Notes under the pieces: generated by a model
Database searches by the model: none
What the model saw: only the letters and a program-made list of their open reading frames with translations
What the model was told of the DNA's origin: nothing
Assembly: GCA_021204175.1 (NCBI GenBank)
Contig: JAJPZT010000040.1
Span: 1-21,113, forward strand
Length of the DNA: 21,113 bases
Source of the DNA: Clostridiales bacterium
GTDB taxonomy: Bacteria; Bacillota; Clostridia; Lachnospirales; CAG-274
Direction: 5' to 3'
Position numbers and translations under genes: made by a program
Part shown: positions 8,899-17,093 of the stretch, piece after piece
Layout of the letters: the number at the start of each line of letters is the position of its first letter
Position numbering within the stretch: the first letter of the stretch is position 1

Positions 8899-10543
8899 AA
8901 CAGCTTCCCCCTATAAACTCTCTTACAAGAGAGGTTGCCGGAATATTGTCATTATCCACTGCAAGAAAATAGTTAAAAAACTTCAAAAGACGCTTGGCTT
9001 CAATACGTTCCGGGCAGTCTTTGGGAACGGCATAAAGCAGGGGCTCAGCCCAAACCTTAAGAGCCGCAAGCTCATAAACAAGGGATGAGTTGAAAATAAT
9101 GTCTGCGTCCTCCTGATAGGGGAAAATATTCTTTTCTTCTCCACGTCTAACCCCGGGCCACCATGAAATTGTGGTTTTTGCGTCTGTTCCTCTGGTTCTT
9201 GAGTCTCTTACAATTCGCCTTATAAGTCTGCCGTCTGTTGTGGGAACTCTGTTTCGCTCGTCTATGTTAAGCTGTGTCAAAGGGCTTATATAGATTTTGA
9301 ACTTGGCGTCCTCAGGCATAAAGTCCGAAAGCAAGCCGTTTAAGCCGTGAATACCCTCTATGACAAAAACGTCATTGTCTCCCATTTGAATGAAATTTCC
9401 GTTAAATTCCCTTTTTCTGACCTTAAAATTATAGTGTGGAGCTTCTATTCTTTCTCCACGAAGCAGTGCTTCCATATTGTTTCTGAAAAGGTCTGTGTCA
9501 ACGGCTGAAATGTTTTCTCTGTCGGGGTCGCCGTTTTCGTCTAAGGGAATTTCATCGTAATTTCTGAAATAATCGTCCAGTGAAATGGGGTGAGCCTTTA
9601 AGCCCAAGGAGCGAAGCTGAATTGAAAGCCGTCTTGAAAATGTTGTTTTGCCTGATGAAGAAGGTCCTGCAATAAGAATAAAGTGGCAGTTAGGCTTTCC
9701 GGCAATTTTATCGGCTATTTGGGCAATTTTTCTCTCCATAAGGGTTTCCTGTGTTACTATAAGCTCCGGCAGCTCGCCTCTTACGATTTTGTTGTTCAGG
9801 TCAGCCACTGTTTCAACTCCCATTTTTTTGAGGTCTGAAGAGGCTTCTCTCAGTGCCTTGAAAATTTTGGGCTTAGGAACAAACTTTCCTACCTTATCGG
9901 GGTTGTTTTTGTCAGGCAGATTTAAGGTCAATCCCCCCTCGTATGGAGTTACGGAAAAATGCTTAATATATCCCGTTGAATTGACCATAGCCCCAAAGTA
10001 GTAGTCGTCAAAACCGCCTATGCTGTAAATATTGACTGCCGACGCACTGCGGAACTCCAAAAGACGGCTTTTGTCATACATTTTATAGCCCTCGAAAAGT
10101 GTAATTGCGTCGTCCGTCGCCATAACTCTTTTTTTGATTTCTATGTTCTCAGCGGCGTATTCCTTCATACGCTTTTCAACCTTTTGCGCAAAGTCTGCGT
10201 CTGCATTTACGTCTCCCGAAACCTCTACAAAAAGACTTGAGCCTATGTTGTAAAGCACCTGAACCTTTTCTATGCAGTCGATGCCTGCTACATCATAGAT
10301 AGCCTTCATCATAAGAAAAACCGTGCTTCTGCGGCAGCAGTCTCTGCCTATGGGTGTGTCGGCGGTTATGGGCGTAAGACGCATATTTTCCTTTATGGGA
10401 GTATGAAGCTCCTTAATTTTTCCGTCCGCTTCAAAAAGAACAATGTCATATTTAAAGTCCTTTTGAATAAGCTTGGCTGCGTCTGAAAGCTTTTCGCCTT
10501 GTTTAAATTCCGTTTCCTTTCCATTTAAAAAATATTTGGGCAA
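8885..10543 (-). CDS. Nucleoside (uridine)-kinase family protein with N-terminal TGS-like domain
   Basis: 552 aa. P-loop GPSSSGKTT in the C-terminal half with PRK/uridine-kinase-like context. N-terminal ~60 aa is TGS-like. Overlaps the SDR start by 14 nt (operon). Confidence 0.75.
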   Translation of the reverse strand: MPKYFLNGKETEFKQGEKLSDAAKLIQKDFKYDIVLFEADGKIKELHTPIKENMRLTPITADTPIGRDCCRRSTVFLMMKAIYDVAGIDCIEKVQVLYNIGSSLFVEVSGDVNADADFAQKVEKRMKEYAAENIEIKKRVMATDDAITLFEGYKMYDKSRLLEFRSASAVNIYSIGGFDDYYFGAMVNSTGYIKHFSVTPYEGGLTLNLPDKNNPDKVGKFVPKPKIFKALREASSDLKKMGVETVADLNNKIVRGELPELIVTQETLMERKIAQIADKIAGKPNCHFILIAGPSSSGKTTFSRRLSIQLRSLGLKAHPISLDDYFRNYDEIPLDENGDPDRENISAVDTDLFRNNMEALLRGERIEAPHYNFKVRKREFNGNFIQMGDNDVFVIEGIHGLNGLLSDFMPEDAKFKIYISPLTQLNIDERNRVPTTDGRLIRRIVRDSRTRGTDAKTTISWWPGVRRGEEKNIFPYQEDADIIFNSSLVYELAALKVWAEPLLYAVPKDCPERIEAKRLLKFFNYFLAVDNDNIPATSLVREFIGGSCFEVG

Positions 10544-10579
10544 TATAATCCCTCCTTAAAAAGTCAACTGTAACTGAGT

Positions 10580-11536
10580 TTAAGTTTCCGAAAATGCTCT
10601 TTTTAATATTTCCTTTATTTGATCAAGGCTTTGAACCCTGTTGATTTCACTTCTGGCGTTTGCCGCTCCCTTTGTTCCCTTAATATAATGACATAGGTGC
10701 GTTCTCATTTCTCTTAAAGCCACATATTCCCCCTTAAGCTCTGTTAAAAGCCTTGTGTGGAGCAGTGCTGTTTCAAACCGTTCCTCATGTGAGGGTGGGG
10801 CGAGGTTCTCCCCTGTTTTAAGATATGCTTTAATCTCTCTGAATATAAAGGGATTTCCCATAGCGGCTCTGCCTATCATAATTCCGTCACAGCCTGTGGT
10901 TTTAATCATATTTTCCGCCGTTTTGCCGTCTGTAATGTCGCCGTTTCCTATAACGGGAATTTTGACTGTTTTCTTAACCTGTCTTATAATATCAATATCC
11001 GCTTTTCCGCTGTAAAACTCGTCTCTTGTTCTGCCGTGAACGGTTACGGCGGCGGCTCCGCTTTCTTCACAGATTTTGGCTATTTCACAGGCATTTGCTT
11101 CATTATAGCCTTTTCTGATTTTGACAGTCAGGGGAATAGTCAGAGCCCTTGAAACTGTCTCAACGATTTTCCCCACAAGAACGGGGTTGTTCATAAGGGC
11201 GCTTCCCTCGCCGTTTTTAACTATTTTCGGCGCAGGGCAGCCCATATTTATGTCGATTAGACTGACGCCTTCCGCTTCAAGCCGTTTTGCAGCTTCACTT
11301 AAAATCTCGGGCTCTGAGCCGAAAAGCTGAACACAAAAGGGGTTTTCATTTTCGGCTTTTGAAAGCAATATTTTCGTGTTTTTACTGTTGTAAATAAGCC
11401 CCTTTGCGCTGACCATTTCCGTGTAGGAAAGGTCTGCCCCCTGTTCCCGACAGATATACCGGAAGGATCTGTCTGTGAAGCCTGCCATAGGGGCAAGAAA
11501 AACATTTCCCTCTGTTGAAAGTCCGCCTATTTTCAT
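10580..11536 (-). CDS. dusB: tRNA-dihydrouridine synthase
   Basis: 318 aa. LAPMAGFTDRSFR, DINMGCP, VTVHGRT motifs of the Dus family. Confidence 0.9.
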   Translation of the reverse strand: MKIGGLSTEGNVFLAPMAGFTDRSFRYICREQGADLSYTEMVSAKGLIYNSKNTKILLSKAENENPFCVQLFGSEPEILSEAAKRLEAEGVSLIDINMGCPAPKIVKNGEGSALMNNPVLVGKIVETVSRALTIPLTVKIRKGYNEANACEIAKICEESGAAAVTVHGRTRDEFYSGKADIDIIRQVKKTVKIPVIGNGDITDGKTAENMIKTTGCDGIMIGRAAMGNPFIFREIKAYLKTGENLAPPSHEERFETALLHTRLLTELKGEYVALREMRTHLCHYIKGTKGAANARSEINRVQSLDQIKEILKRAFSET

Positions 11537-11877
11537 AACTTTTCACCCTTTATAAATACCCTGAACCAAAGGTTAAGCTTTTCAATAAGCTCTTTTTCTT
11601 CTCTTTCCAAACGGCTGCACTCTAAGCCTGCGCCTATTTCGTCAAAGGCAAAGTCGTTTTCCTCCGCCCTTGTTTCAAAATAAATTTCACCGTCGTCATA
11701 AAAGCCCATTGTGAAAATGCAGTGAAGCTTTTCAGCCAAAGTAACCACCTTTATGCGGATTTCTTCTTTAACCTGTTTGGGCAAATCCTTATATTTATCG
11801 TTAAAATAATATTTCTGCTTATATACGCTGGCGGCACAGATTACGCTTTTACTGTATTCGTTTTCATAGTCACTCAT
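11533..11877 (-). CDS. Conserved-looking small acidic protein, function unknown
   Basis: 114 aa. Start and stop overlap birA and dusB by 4 nt each (translationally coupled operon). Confidence 0.6.
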   Translation of the reverse strand: MSDYENEYSKSVICAASVYKQKYYFNDKYKDLPKQVKEEIRIKVVTLAEKLHCIFTMGFYDDGEIYFETRAEENDFAFDEIGAGLECSRLEREEKELIEKLNLWFRVFIKGEKL

Positions 11878-12854
11878 TGAAATACACCTCTTACGGAAAC
11901 CTCACCGGAGCGGAGAGTTAATAAGCTTCCGTCATTCTGTCTTACTATAAGACTGCCGTCGGCGGCAATATCCTCCCCTACAGCAATAATTTCCTTATTG
12001 TCATAAACTGCCTTAAGCTCTCTGCCTATGTTTATGCAGTCTGCCTTATATTCCTCCAAAAAAGGAGCAAATGAGCCGCTTTCGCAGTAGGCAATGTATA
12101 GCTCTTCAAAATTGTTAAGTACGGCGGCTAAAACGTCCTTCCTTAAAAATGTTTTGCCTGTTTCAATATAAATCGATGTGGCAATATTTTTGAGATCGTC
12201 GGGAAATTCCTTATTGCTTACGTTTATGCCTACTCCGCAGATTACATATTTTATGTCTCTTTCTTCCGTAATCATTTCAACCAATATTCCGCAGACCTTT
12301 TTTCCGTTTATGATTATATCATTGGGCCACTTTATCATACTTTCCGCACCGCAGAGGGTTCGAAGGGCTTTGTTTACAGCAAGCCCCATAAGCAGAGTTA
12401 AATTGGGAGCAAGCTCCGGCGCAAAATCGGGACGGAGAACTATGCTGAAGGCAATTCCGGCTTTGGGCTCCAAGGTCCAGCTTCTGCCCCGTCTGCCCCT
12501 GCCGAGACGCTGTTCCTCACAGATACACAGTGCACCGTCCTTACAGCCCTTTTCGGCGTGTCTTTTAAGCAAATCGTTTGTGGATTTAACCTGCCTTTGG
12601 CTGAAAATTTCTCTTCCTATAAATTTTGTGGTTAAAGCTTTGTCCACCTCGTTGGGGTTTAAAATATCCCCTTCGGCTATAAACCTGTGACCTCTATTTT
12701 GTATGGAGCTGATTTCATAGCCCTCTTCTCTTAAAACGTCTATATGCTTGGCAACGGCTGCACGGCTTATGTTAAGCTTTTCGCCTATGCTGCTGCCGGA
12801 GATAAAGCCCGTCTGTTCCTTTAATATTTCCAAAATTTTATATCTGACCATCAT
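11874..12854 (-). CDS. birA: Bifunctional biotin-[acetyl-CoA-carboxylase] ligase / biotin operon repressor
   Basis: N-terminal winged HTH (ISGSSIGEKLNISRAAVAKHIDVLREEGYEI). GRGRRGRSW biotin-binding loop. KWPNDI motif. Track start is GTG at 12863; ATG at 12854 is preferred (AAGGA upstream). Confidence 0.92.
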   Translation of the reverse strand: MMVRYKILEILKEQTGFISGSSIGEKLNISRAAVAKHIDVLREEGYEISSIQNRGHRFIAEGDILNPNEVDKALTTKFIGREIFSQRQVKSTNDLLKRHAEKGCKDGALCICEEQRLGRGRRGRSWTLEPKAGIAFSIVLRPDFAPELAPNLTLLMGLAVNKALRTLCGAESMIKWPNDIIINGKKVCGILVEMITEERDIKYVICGVGINVSNKEFPDDLKNIATSIYIETGKTFLRKDVLAAVLNNFEELYIAYCESGSFAPFLEEYKADCINIGRELKAVYDNKEIIAVGEDIAADGSLIVRQNDGSLLTLRSGEVSVRGVFQ

Positions 12855-12980
12855 AAAAATCACATCCTTTATGATTGATTATATAATATTATTTTGTTAA
12901 AATCAACAAGTTTAAGGAAAGTTTAACAATCCGAGCATAACAGTCTATATATTTTATATATTTCAAATATTCCTAATTTT

Positions 12981-13022
12981 AAAAGTCTCTGAAGAGTTGG
13001 TTTTACCTTTCAGAGACTTTTT
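12981..13022. terminator. Bidirectional-looking terminator hairpin
   Basis: aagtctctgaa (12983-12993) pairs with ttcagagactt (13009-13019). It is flanked by A-run and T-run and sits 3' of the 66-aa minus-strand gene. Confidence 0.55.
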
Positions 13023-13041
13023 GATGTGATATTTTTATTGA

Positions 13042-13242
13042 TTAGATTGTGTTTATAAGCAGGCTGTCAATTTCATCTAAGCTCGGTTCTGTTCTGCTTT
13101 GTTTTTCTTTAGTATAATCACCATAACCCAAATTATTTTGTGCTATAAACTTTGCTGCACCAACAACGCCCAAACATTCTTCCAAAGCTTTAAAACCTGC
13201 CGCCTGTATTTCCATAGGACTGTTTAAATTAACCTGTACCAT
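13042..13242 (-). CDS. Small protein, possible antitoxin-like partner of the decayed PIN gene
   Basis: 66 aa. GGAGG RBS 9-10 nt upstream. Its ATG lies 1 nt after the stop of the PIN-remnant frame. Confidence 0.5.
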   Translation of the reverse strand: MVQVNLNSPMEIQAAGFKALEECLGVVGAAKFIAQNNLGYGDYTKEKQSRTEPSLDEIDSLLINTI

Positions 13243-13243
13243 A

Positions 13244-13412
13244 TTAAAACACCTCCAATATAAATTTTAAGGGATTCATAACCTTAACACTCAAATCCAA
13301 TTTGTCAGCCATCTTTTCCAATTTATCATCGGTAGTCAGCATAATCAGCATTCGCAGCAACAGCGGAAGCAATATGAAGGCTGTCAAATTCCCTTATTTT
13401 TGACTTTTCCAT
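13244..13412 (-). pseudogene. Truncated and frameshifted PIN-domain (VapC-like) toxin remnant
   Basis: Frame a: MEKSKIREFDSLHIASAVAANADYADYR*. Frame b continues LTTDDKLEKMADKLDLSVKVMNPLKFILEVF*. Joined, they give the typical C-terminal PIN signature D-x-LHxA-x-A....(L)TTDD. The N-terminal half of a PIN domain is missing. Confidence 0.5.
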
Positions 13413-13512
13413 ATGTTTGTCACTCCTACATTATCTATTTTTATTTTACAACAATTCCGCTCTCTTATCAAGATGGTTTTTTGATTTTGTTCAATAAAAA
13501 AATAAATTTAAC

Positions 13513-13541
13513 TTGACAGCATTCAGGCTTTGTGTTAATAT
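13513..13541 (+). promoter_or_regulatory. Sigma-70-type promoter upstream of rpmG-secE-nusG
   Basis: TTGACA (13513-13518), 17-nt spacer, TAATAT (13536-13541). Confidence 0.55.
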
Positions 13542-13633
13542 ATTTTAAAGACGCAGAACGTCTTTTTTTGTGCCGCATTTTTTGCGGCTGATGAAACTAA
13601 AACATTATTTTTGAAAAAGGCAGGTGAAGGGTT

Positions 13634-13783
13634 TTGAGGACAAGAATTACCTTGGCATGTACCGAATGTAAACAGCGTAATTATAACACTATGAAAGACA
13701 AGAGAGTACATCCCGAAAGAATGGAAACCAAGAAATATTGCAAGTTCTGCAATAAGCACACTACTCACAGGGAAACCAAATAA
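13634..13783 (+). CDS. rpmG: 50S ribosomal protein L33
   Basis: Not in the ORF track (49 aa, TTG start). Translation [49 protein letters not shown] has the CxxC...CxxC zinc-ribbon pattern of L33. AGGTGA RBS 6 nt upstream. It sits in the canonical position before secE. Confidence 0.9.
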   Translation: MRTRITLACTECKQRNYNTMKDKRVHPERMETKKYCKFCNKHTTHRETK

Positions 13784-13833
13784 TAAAGCTTTCTCTGAGA
13801 TGACCTTTTTACAGAAAGGGGTATCTTAATCTA

Positions 13834-14064
13834 ATGGAAGAAAAAAACACCAAAAACGTAACAGTAAAAGAAAAAGGCGCTGCCAAACAGTTCTTTAACA
13901 GACATATGGGCGAATACAGAAAGATTATTTGGCCCTCAAGAGAAGAGCTTATTAAGCAGACCATAACAGTTATTTGCCTTTCACTTATTGTAGGCGCTAT
14001 TATTTGGGGATATGACGAAATTTTCGAACATCTCTACCGTGCGCTTATAAGCTTAGTGAAATAA
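13834..14064 (+). CDS. secE: Preprotein translocase subunit SecE
   Basis: 76 aa. KIIWPSREEL motif followed by a single TM. Position between rpmG and nusG. Confidence 0.9.
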   Translation: MEEKNTKNVTVKEKGAAKQFFNRHMGEYRKIIWPSREELIKQTITVICLSLIVGAIIWGYDEIFEHLYRALISLVK

Positions 14065-14085
14065 GTTTTATGGGGGTTAAGTAAA

Positions 14086-14619
14086 ATGGAAAAACAGGAA
14101 CCCAAGTGGTATGTTATTCACACATATTCGGGATATGAAAACAAGGTAATGACAGATATTGAAAAAACCGTTAAAAACCGCGGTATTCAGGATATGATCT
14201 GCGAGCTGCATATCCCCGAGGAAGAATATACCGAAATTAAAAGCGACGGCACAAAAAAGACGGGGCTTCGCAAGAGGTATCCCTGCTATGTTTTTGTTAA
14301 AATGATTTTAACCGACGAAACATGGTATCTTGTAAGAAACACAAGAGGTGTAACCAGCTTTGTAGGCACAGACTATTCAAAGCCTCAGCCCCTTTCGGAC
14401 GCAGAGGTTCGCTTTAACGGGCTTGAAAAAGCCGTTGTTGTTAAGTTTGACCACAAGGTGGGCGATTCGGTTCTTATAAATGATGGGCCTTTTAAAGACT
14501 CCGCCGGAACTATTAAAGAAATTAATCTTAACAAAAAGACCGTTGTTGTAATGATTTCCATATTTGGCAGAGAGACCCCCGTTGAGCTTGACTTCGGTCA
14601 GATCACAAGAATTGACTGA
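14086..14619 (+). CDS. nusG: Transcription termination/antitermination factor NusG
   Basis: 177 aa. KWYVIHTYSGYENKV N-terminal NGN motif and a C-terminal KOW region. Confidence 0.95.
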   Translation: MEKQEPKWYVIHTYSGYENKVMTDIEKTVKNRGIQDMICELHIPEEEYTEIKSDGTKKTGLRKRYPCYVFVKMILTDETWYLVRNTRGVTSFVGTDYSKPQPLSDAEVRFNGLEKAVVVKFDHKVGDSVLINDGPFKDSAGTIKEINLNKKTVVVMISIFGRETPVELDFGQITRID

Positions 14620-14643
14620 CCTTAGGACTTTGTCAGAGAAGAT

Positions 14644-14700
14644 GCGGACGGGCGCTGTCCGCAGTGGGAGGGAAAATCCCGCAATTACCACATTTATAGG
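14644..14700 (+). promoter_or_regulatory. Structured leader of rplK, candidate L1-binding (rRNA-mimic) site, copy 1
   Basis: Hairpin gcggac-gggcgct-gtccgc (14644-14662). Then cagtgggagggaaaatcccgcaattaccaca: outer stem GTGG/CCAC, inner hairpin GGGA/TCCC, directly abutting the rplK RBS. Nearly the same motif recurs before rplA. Confidence 0.5.
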
Positions 14701-14711
14701 AGGTGCCGATA

Positions 14712-15137
14712 ATGGCAAAAAAAATTCAAGGCTATGTAAAATTACAAATTCCCGCAGGCAAGGCTAACCCTGCTCCCCCCGTTGGTCCCGCTTTAGGTCA
14801 GCAGGGCGTAAACATTATGGGCTTTTGTAAGGAATTTAACGAAAGAACAAAGAAGGATATGGGTCTTATAATTCCCGTAGTTATTACCGTATATCAGGAC
14901 AAGTCTTTCACATTCATTACAAAGACTCCCCCTGCTGCTGTTCTGCTTAAAAAAGCAGCCAACATTCAGTCAGGTTCGGGCAAGCCCAATAAAGAGAAGG
15001 TTGCTACCGTATCTTATGAGGACGTTAAGAAAATTGCCGAAACAAAAATGCCCGACTTAACAGCTGCAAATCTTGACGCAGCTATAAGCATGATTAAGGG
15101 TACGGCAAGAAGCATGGGTATCGTTGTTAAGGAATAA
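14712..15137 (+). CDS. rplK: 50S ribosomal protein L11
   Basis: [33 protein letters not shown] at 14712 lies 8 nt after GGAGG (track start GTG at 14703). Confidence 0.96.
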   Translation: MAKKIQGYVKLQIPAGKANPAPPVGPALGQQGVNIMGFCKEFNERTKKDMGLIIPVVITVYQDKSFTFITKTPPAAVLLKKAANIQSGSGKPNKEKVATVSYEDVKKIAETKMPDLTAANLDAAISMIKGTARSMGIVVKE

Positions 15138-15172
15138 TAAGGTTTTACATCATTTCCTTAAACTTTTCATTT

Positions 15173-15212
15173 CAGTGGGAGGGTAGGTATCTTCCCGATA
15201 TTACCACATAAG
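15173..15212 (+). promoter_or_regulatory. Structured leader of rplA, candidate L1-binding site, copy 2
   Basis: cagtgggagggtaggtatcttcccgatattaccaca has the same GTGG/CCAC outer stem and GA / G-A-ATTA internal loop as copy 1. The inner hairpin is longer. It is immediately followed by AAGGAGG and the TTG start of rplA. Confidence 0.5.
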
Positions 15213-15224
15213 GAGGAACTTAAT

Positions 15225-15929
15225 TTGAAACGAGGCAAAAAATATCAGGAAAGCGCTAAGCTTATTCAAAAGGCAAAGCTTTATGACCCGAATGAGGCAG
15301 TTGAGCTTGTTAAAAAGACAGCTTCAGCTAAATTCGATGAAACTATAGAAGCACACATTCGTTTAGGTGTAGACTCAAGGCACGCAGACCAGCAGGTCAG
15401 AGGTGCTGTTGTACTTCCAAATGGTACAGGTAAAGTAGTTCGTGTATTGGTTATTGCCAAAGGTGACAAAGCTGACGAGGCTGAAGCAGCAGGGGCAGAC
15501 TATGTAGGTGCAGAAGATATGATCGCCAAAATTCAGGGCGAAAACTGGTTCGACTTCGACGTTATCGTTGCAACACCCAATATGATGGGTCAGTTAGGTC
15601 GTATCGGCCGTATCTTAGGTCCTAAGGGACTTATGCCCAACCCCAAAGCAGGAACAGTAACTATGGATATTGCAAGTGCCGTTAAGGAAATTAAAGCAGG
15701 TAAGATTGAATACCGTCTTGACAAAACAAACATTATCCACGTTCCCGTTGGCAAGGCTTCTTTCGAGGCTAACAAGCTTCTTGAAAACTTCAATACCCTT
15801 ATGGGCGCAATTATAAAGGCAAGACCCTCGGCGGCTAAAGGACAGTATCTTAAGTCAGTTGTTCTTACAGCTACTATGGGCCCCGGCGTAAAGGTTAATC
15901 AGGCTAAAATCGGCGGTCAGAACAGCTGA
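15225..15929 (+). CDS. rplA: 50S ribosomal protein L1
   Basis: 234 aa, TTG start. Motifs [20 protein letters not shown] and [10 protein letters not shown]. Confidence 0.96.
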   Translation: MKRGKKYQESAKLIQKAKLYDPNEAVELVKKTASAKFDETIEAHIRLGVDSRHADQQVRGAVVLPNGTGKVVRVLVIAKGDKADEAEAAGADYVGAEDMIAKIQGENWFDFDVIVATPNMMGQLGRIGRILGPKGLMPNPKAGTVTMDIASAVKEIKAGKIEYRLDKTNIIHVPVGKASFEANKLLENFNTLMGAIIKARPSAAKGQYLKSVVLTATMGPGVKVNQAKIGGQNS

Positions 15930-15985
15930 TTGATATAACCTTTAGCCAACTTAAATTAATTTAAGTTAATAATTTCGTAAACGAT

Positions 15986-16019
15986 AAAAAACCTCCGCAG
16001 CGACTTTGCGGAGGTTTTT
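15986..16019 (+). terminator. Rho-independent terminator of the rplKA unit
   Basis: aaaaacctccgca-gcgactt-tgcggaggttttt: 8-bp GC-rich stem plus T-run. Confidence 0.85.
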
Positions 16020-16177
16020 ATGTGTAATGAAACAAAGCTAAAAACAGAGGTTTTCAAAAACACATATTCACACTTATAAAAAACCGATATTTTCGGCTTT
16101 TAGAAAACTTTTTGTTGTTTTATCCTCAGCCTTATGTTATAATTTATGTAGAATCCTTTTAAGGATTTTGGCAGAGA

Positions 16178-16226
16178 GAACCCGAAAAACATCGGGTAAC
16201 ATAGACAGTTTTCCATCAGGAAACTG
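16178..16226 (-). repeat. Three-hairpin module copy M1 (partial: P2+P3 only, inverted)
   Basis: On the minus strand: cagtttcc-tgat-ggaaaactg ... CCCGAtgttttTCGGGTTC. Confidence 0.55.
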
Positions 16227-16260
16227 TTGAGAATTTATTCTGTCACAAAGAGGACTAACT

Positions 16261-16417
16261 GGAACCCGAAAGAAATCGGGTGGGCTACAGCAATTTTTTC
16301 AAAGAAAAAATTGCTGTAGCCCACTTTTGCCGTACCGGAAGTTGTCTTATAGTATTCTACCGGAAAACTGCCTTGTGGAATCGAATGTCTTCTCAGTTCA
16401 CGGCAAAAGTTCTGAAC
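16261..16417 (-). repeat. Three-hairpin module copy M2 (complete, inverted, enlarged P1 loop)
   Basis: On the minus strand: TCAGAACTTTTGCCG-[72 nt]-CGGCAAAAG-TGGGC[35-nt AT-rich palindrome]GCCCA-CCCGAtttcttTCGGGTTCC. Confidence 0.7.
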
Positions 16418-16502
16418 ACGGTTATTCCTCACCTACCTATTGCATATGGAAGAGGTGTTGCTTATGATTTAAGCAGTTATCTTCGGGATTATGTCAAAGT
16501 GT

Positions 16503-16563
16503 TCAGAATTTTTCCTTGCGGAAAAGCCGGTCTTTTAGACCGTCCCGACCTCTTTCGGGTTCT
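16503..16563 (+). repeat. Three-hairpin module copy M3
   Basis: TCAGAATTTTTCC-ttgc-GGAAAAG-CCGGTCttttaGACCG-TCCCGAcctcttTCGGGTTCT. The P1 stem carries compensatory changes relative to the other copies. Confidence 0.7.
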
Positions 16564-16606
16564 GGCTGTCGGCATAGCCGACTGAGAGGTGAAATTTACC
16601 CTCTCA

Positions 16607-17044
16607 TTAATCATCACTTGTAAACGTAATGGGAATAATCATCTCCGGTAGGAAATTCACCTCATAATGGTATTTGTCAACATATGCTCCACTTCGTCGC
16701 ACCAAGCTCCACACGTTTGTTTCTTTCTTACGGTCAGAAACAAGACTTAGTTCCGCTGCTGCTCCTCTTTCAACCAAAGCCTTCCGTCTTTGGTTGAGTG
16801 CGGCTTCACCGCAAGTCTCCACTGTCACAACAAGCTCGTTTTCATCGTCATTCGAGATCGCAAAATTCCCGACCATTTCAAATAAAGGCTCGTCCGTTCT
16901 TGTGTTTATCACCGACAGTCTGCGTGTTACATTAAAATTGTCCGCTGATTTTGACAGGTTATAATTTACTCTGCTTGCCTGTCTGCACCCTCCCAGCGAT
17001 AAAGCCATAACTGCCGCAGCACATAAAACCGTTAATTTTTTCAT
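16607..17044 (-). CDS. Lipoprotein (beta-sandwich lipoprotein-like, a type seen in Firmicutes mobile elements)
   Basis: 145 aa. Signal peptide plus lipobox MKKLTVLCAAAVMALSLGGC. Strong GGAGGAGG RBS. ADNFNV...YHYEVNFLPEMIIP resembles a lipoprotein family I recall from conjugative elements (not searched). The middle of the ORF (CGEAALNQRRKALVERGAAAELS...) is encoded by repeat S1. Confidence 0.7.
   Translation of the reverse strand: MKKLTVLCAAAVMALSLGGCRQASRVNYNLSKSADNFNVTRRLSVINTRTDEPLFEMVGNFAISNDDENELVVTVETCGEAALNQRRKALVERGAAAELSLVSDRKKETNVWSLVRRSGAYVDKYHYEVNFLPEMIIPITFTSDD
16692..16813 (+). repeat. S-element copy S1 (inside the lipoprotein ORF on the opposite strand; no T-tract)
   Basis: Aligns with S2 and S3. 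CTTCGTCG...; hairpin GTTTCT/AGAAAC; CAAGAC; CTCCTCTTTC; hairpin CAACCAAAG/CTTTGGTTG; AGT; hairpin TGCGG/CCGCA. Confidence 0.65.
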
Positions 17045-17093
17045 TTTTTCCTCCTCCTTGACTTTTATAACAAATACGTATCGGCTTTATCCG

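Larger units (their letters stand above)
16145..16606 (+). ncRNA. Promoter-proximal hairpin-dense non-coding region (unit A) built largely from module copies M1-M3
   Basis: Weak -35 TTGTTT (16115-16120), 17-nt spacer, TATAAT (16138-16143). Then ~460 nt with no convincing ORF and at least 8 hairpins. Two module copies lie head-to-head: aagttctgaacac at 16408-16420 faces gtgttcagaattt at 16499-16511. The transcript itself is not demonstrated. Confidence 0.35.

Noticed and set aside
12864-12960. Possible BirA operator (TTGTTAAAATCAACAA palindrome) upstream of birA
   Set aside because: It is only a short 5-bp-arm palindrome in AT-rich DNA. I cannot match it confidently to the known bioO consensus.
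13546-13600. Terminator-like hairpins (aaagacg/cgtcttt plus T7; gccgca/gcggc) right after the rpmG promoter
   Set aside because: The first hairpin begins at or before the predicted transcription start, so it may not be in the transcript. It could equally be a boundary terminator for the divergent side. Evidence for an attenuator is insufficient.
13535-13768. Minus-strand 77-aa ORF
   Set aside because: It lies antisense to the clearly recognisable L33 gene (13634..13783) and its promoter region.
14377-14767. ORFs 14377..14718 (-) and 14564..14767 (+)
   Set aside because: They overlap nusG, the structured rplK leader and the rplK start. They have no RBS and non-protein-like sequences.
16235-16585. 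ORFs 16235..16432 (-) and 16280..16585 (+) in unit A
   Set aside because: The two are mutually antisense, lack an RBS, and are made of palindromic module sequence. The same peptide-like strings recur only because the DNA repeat recurs.
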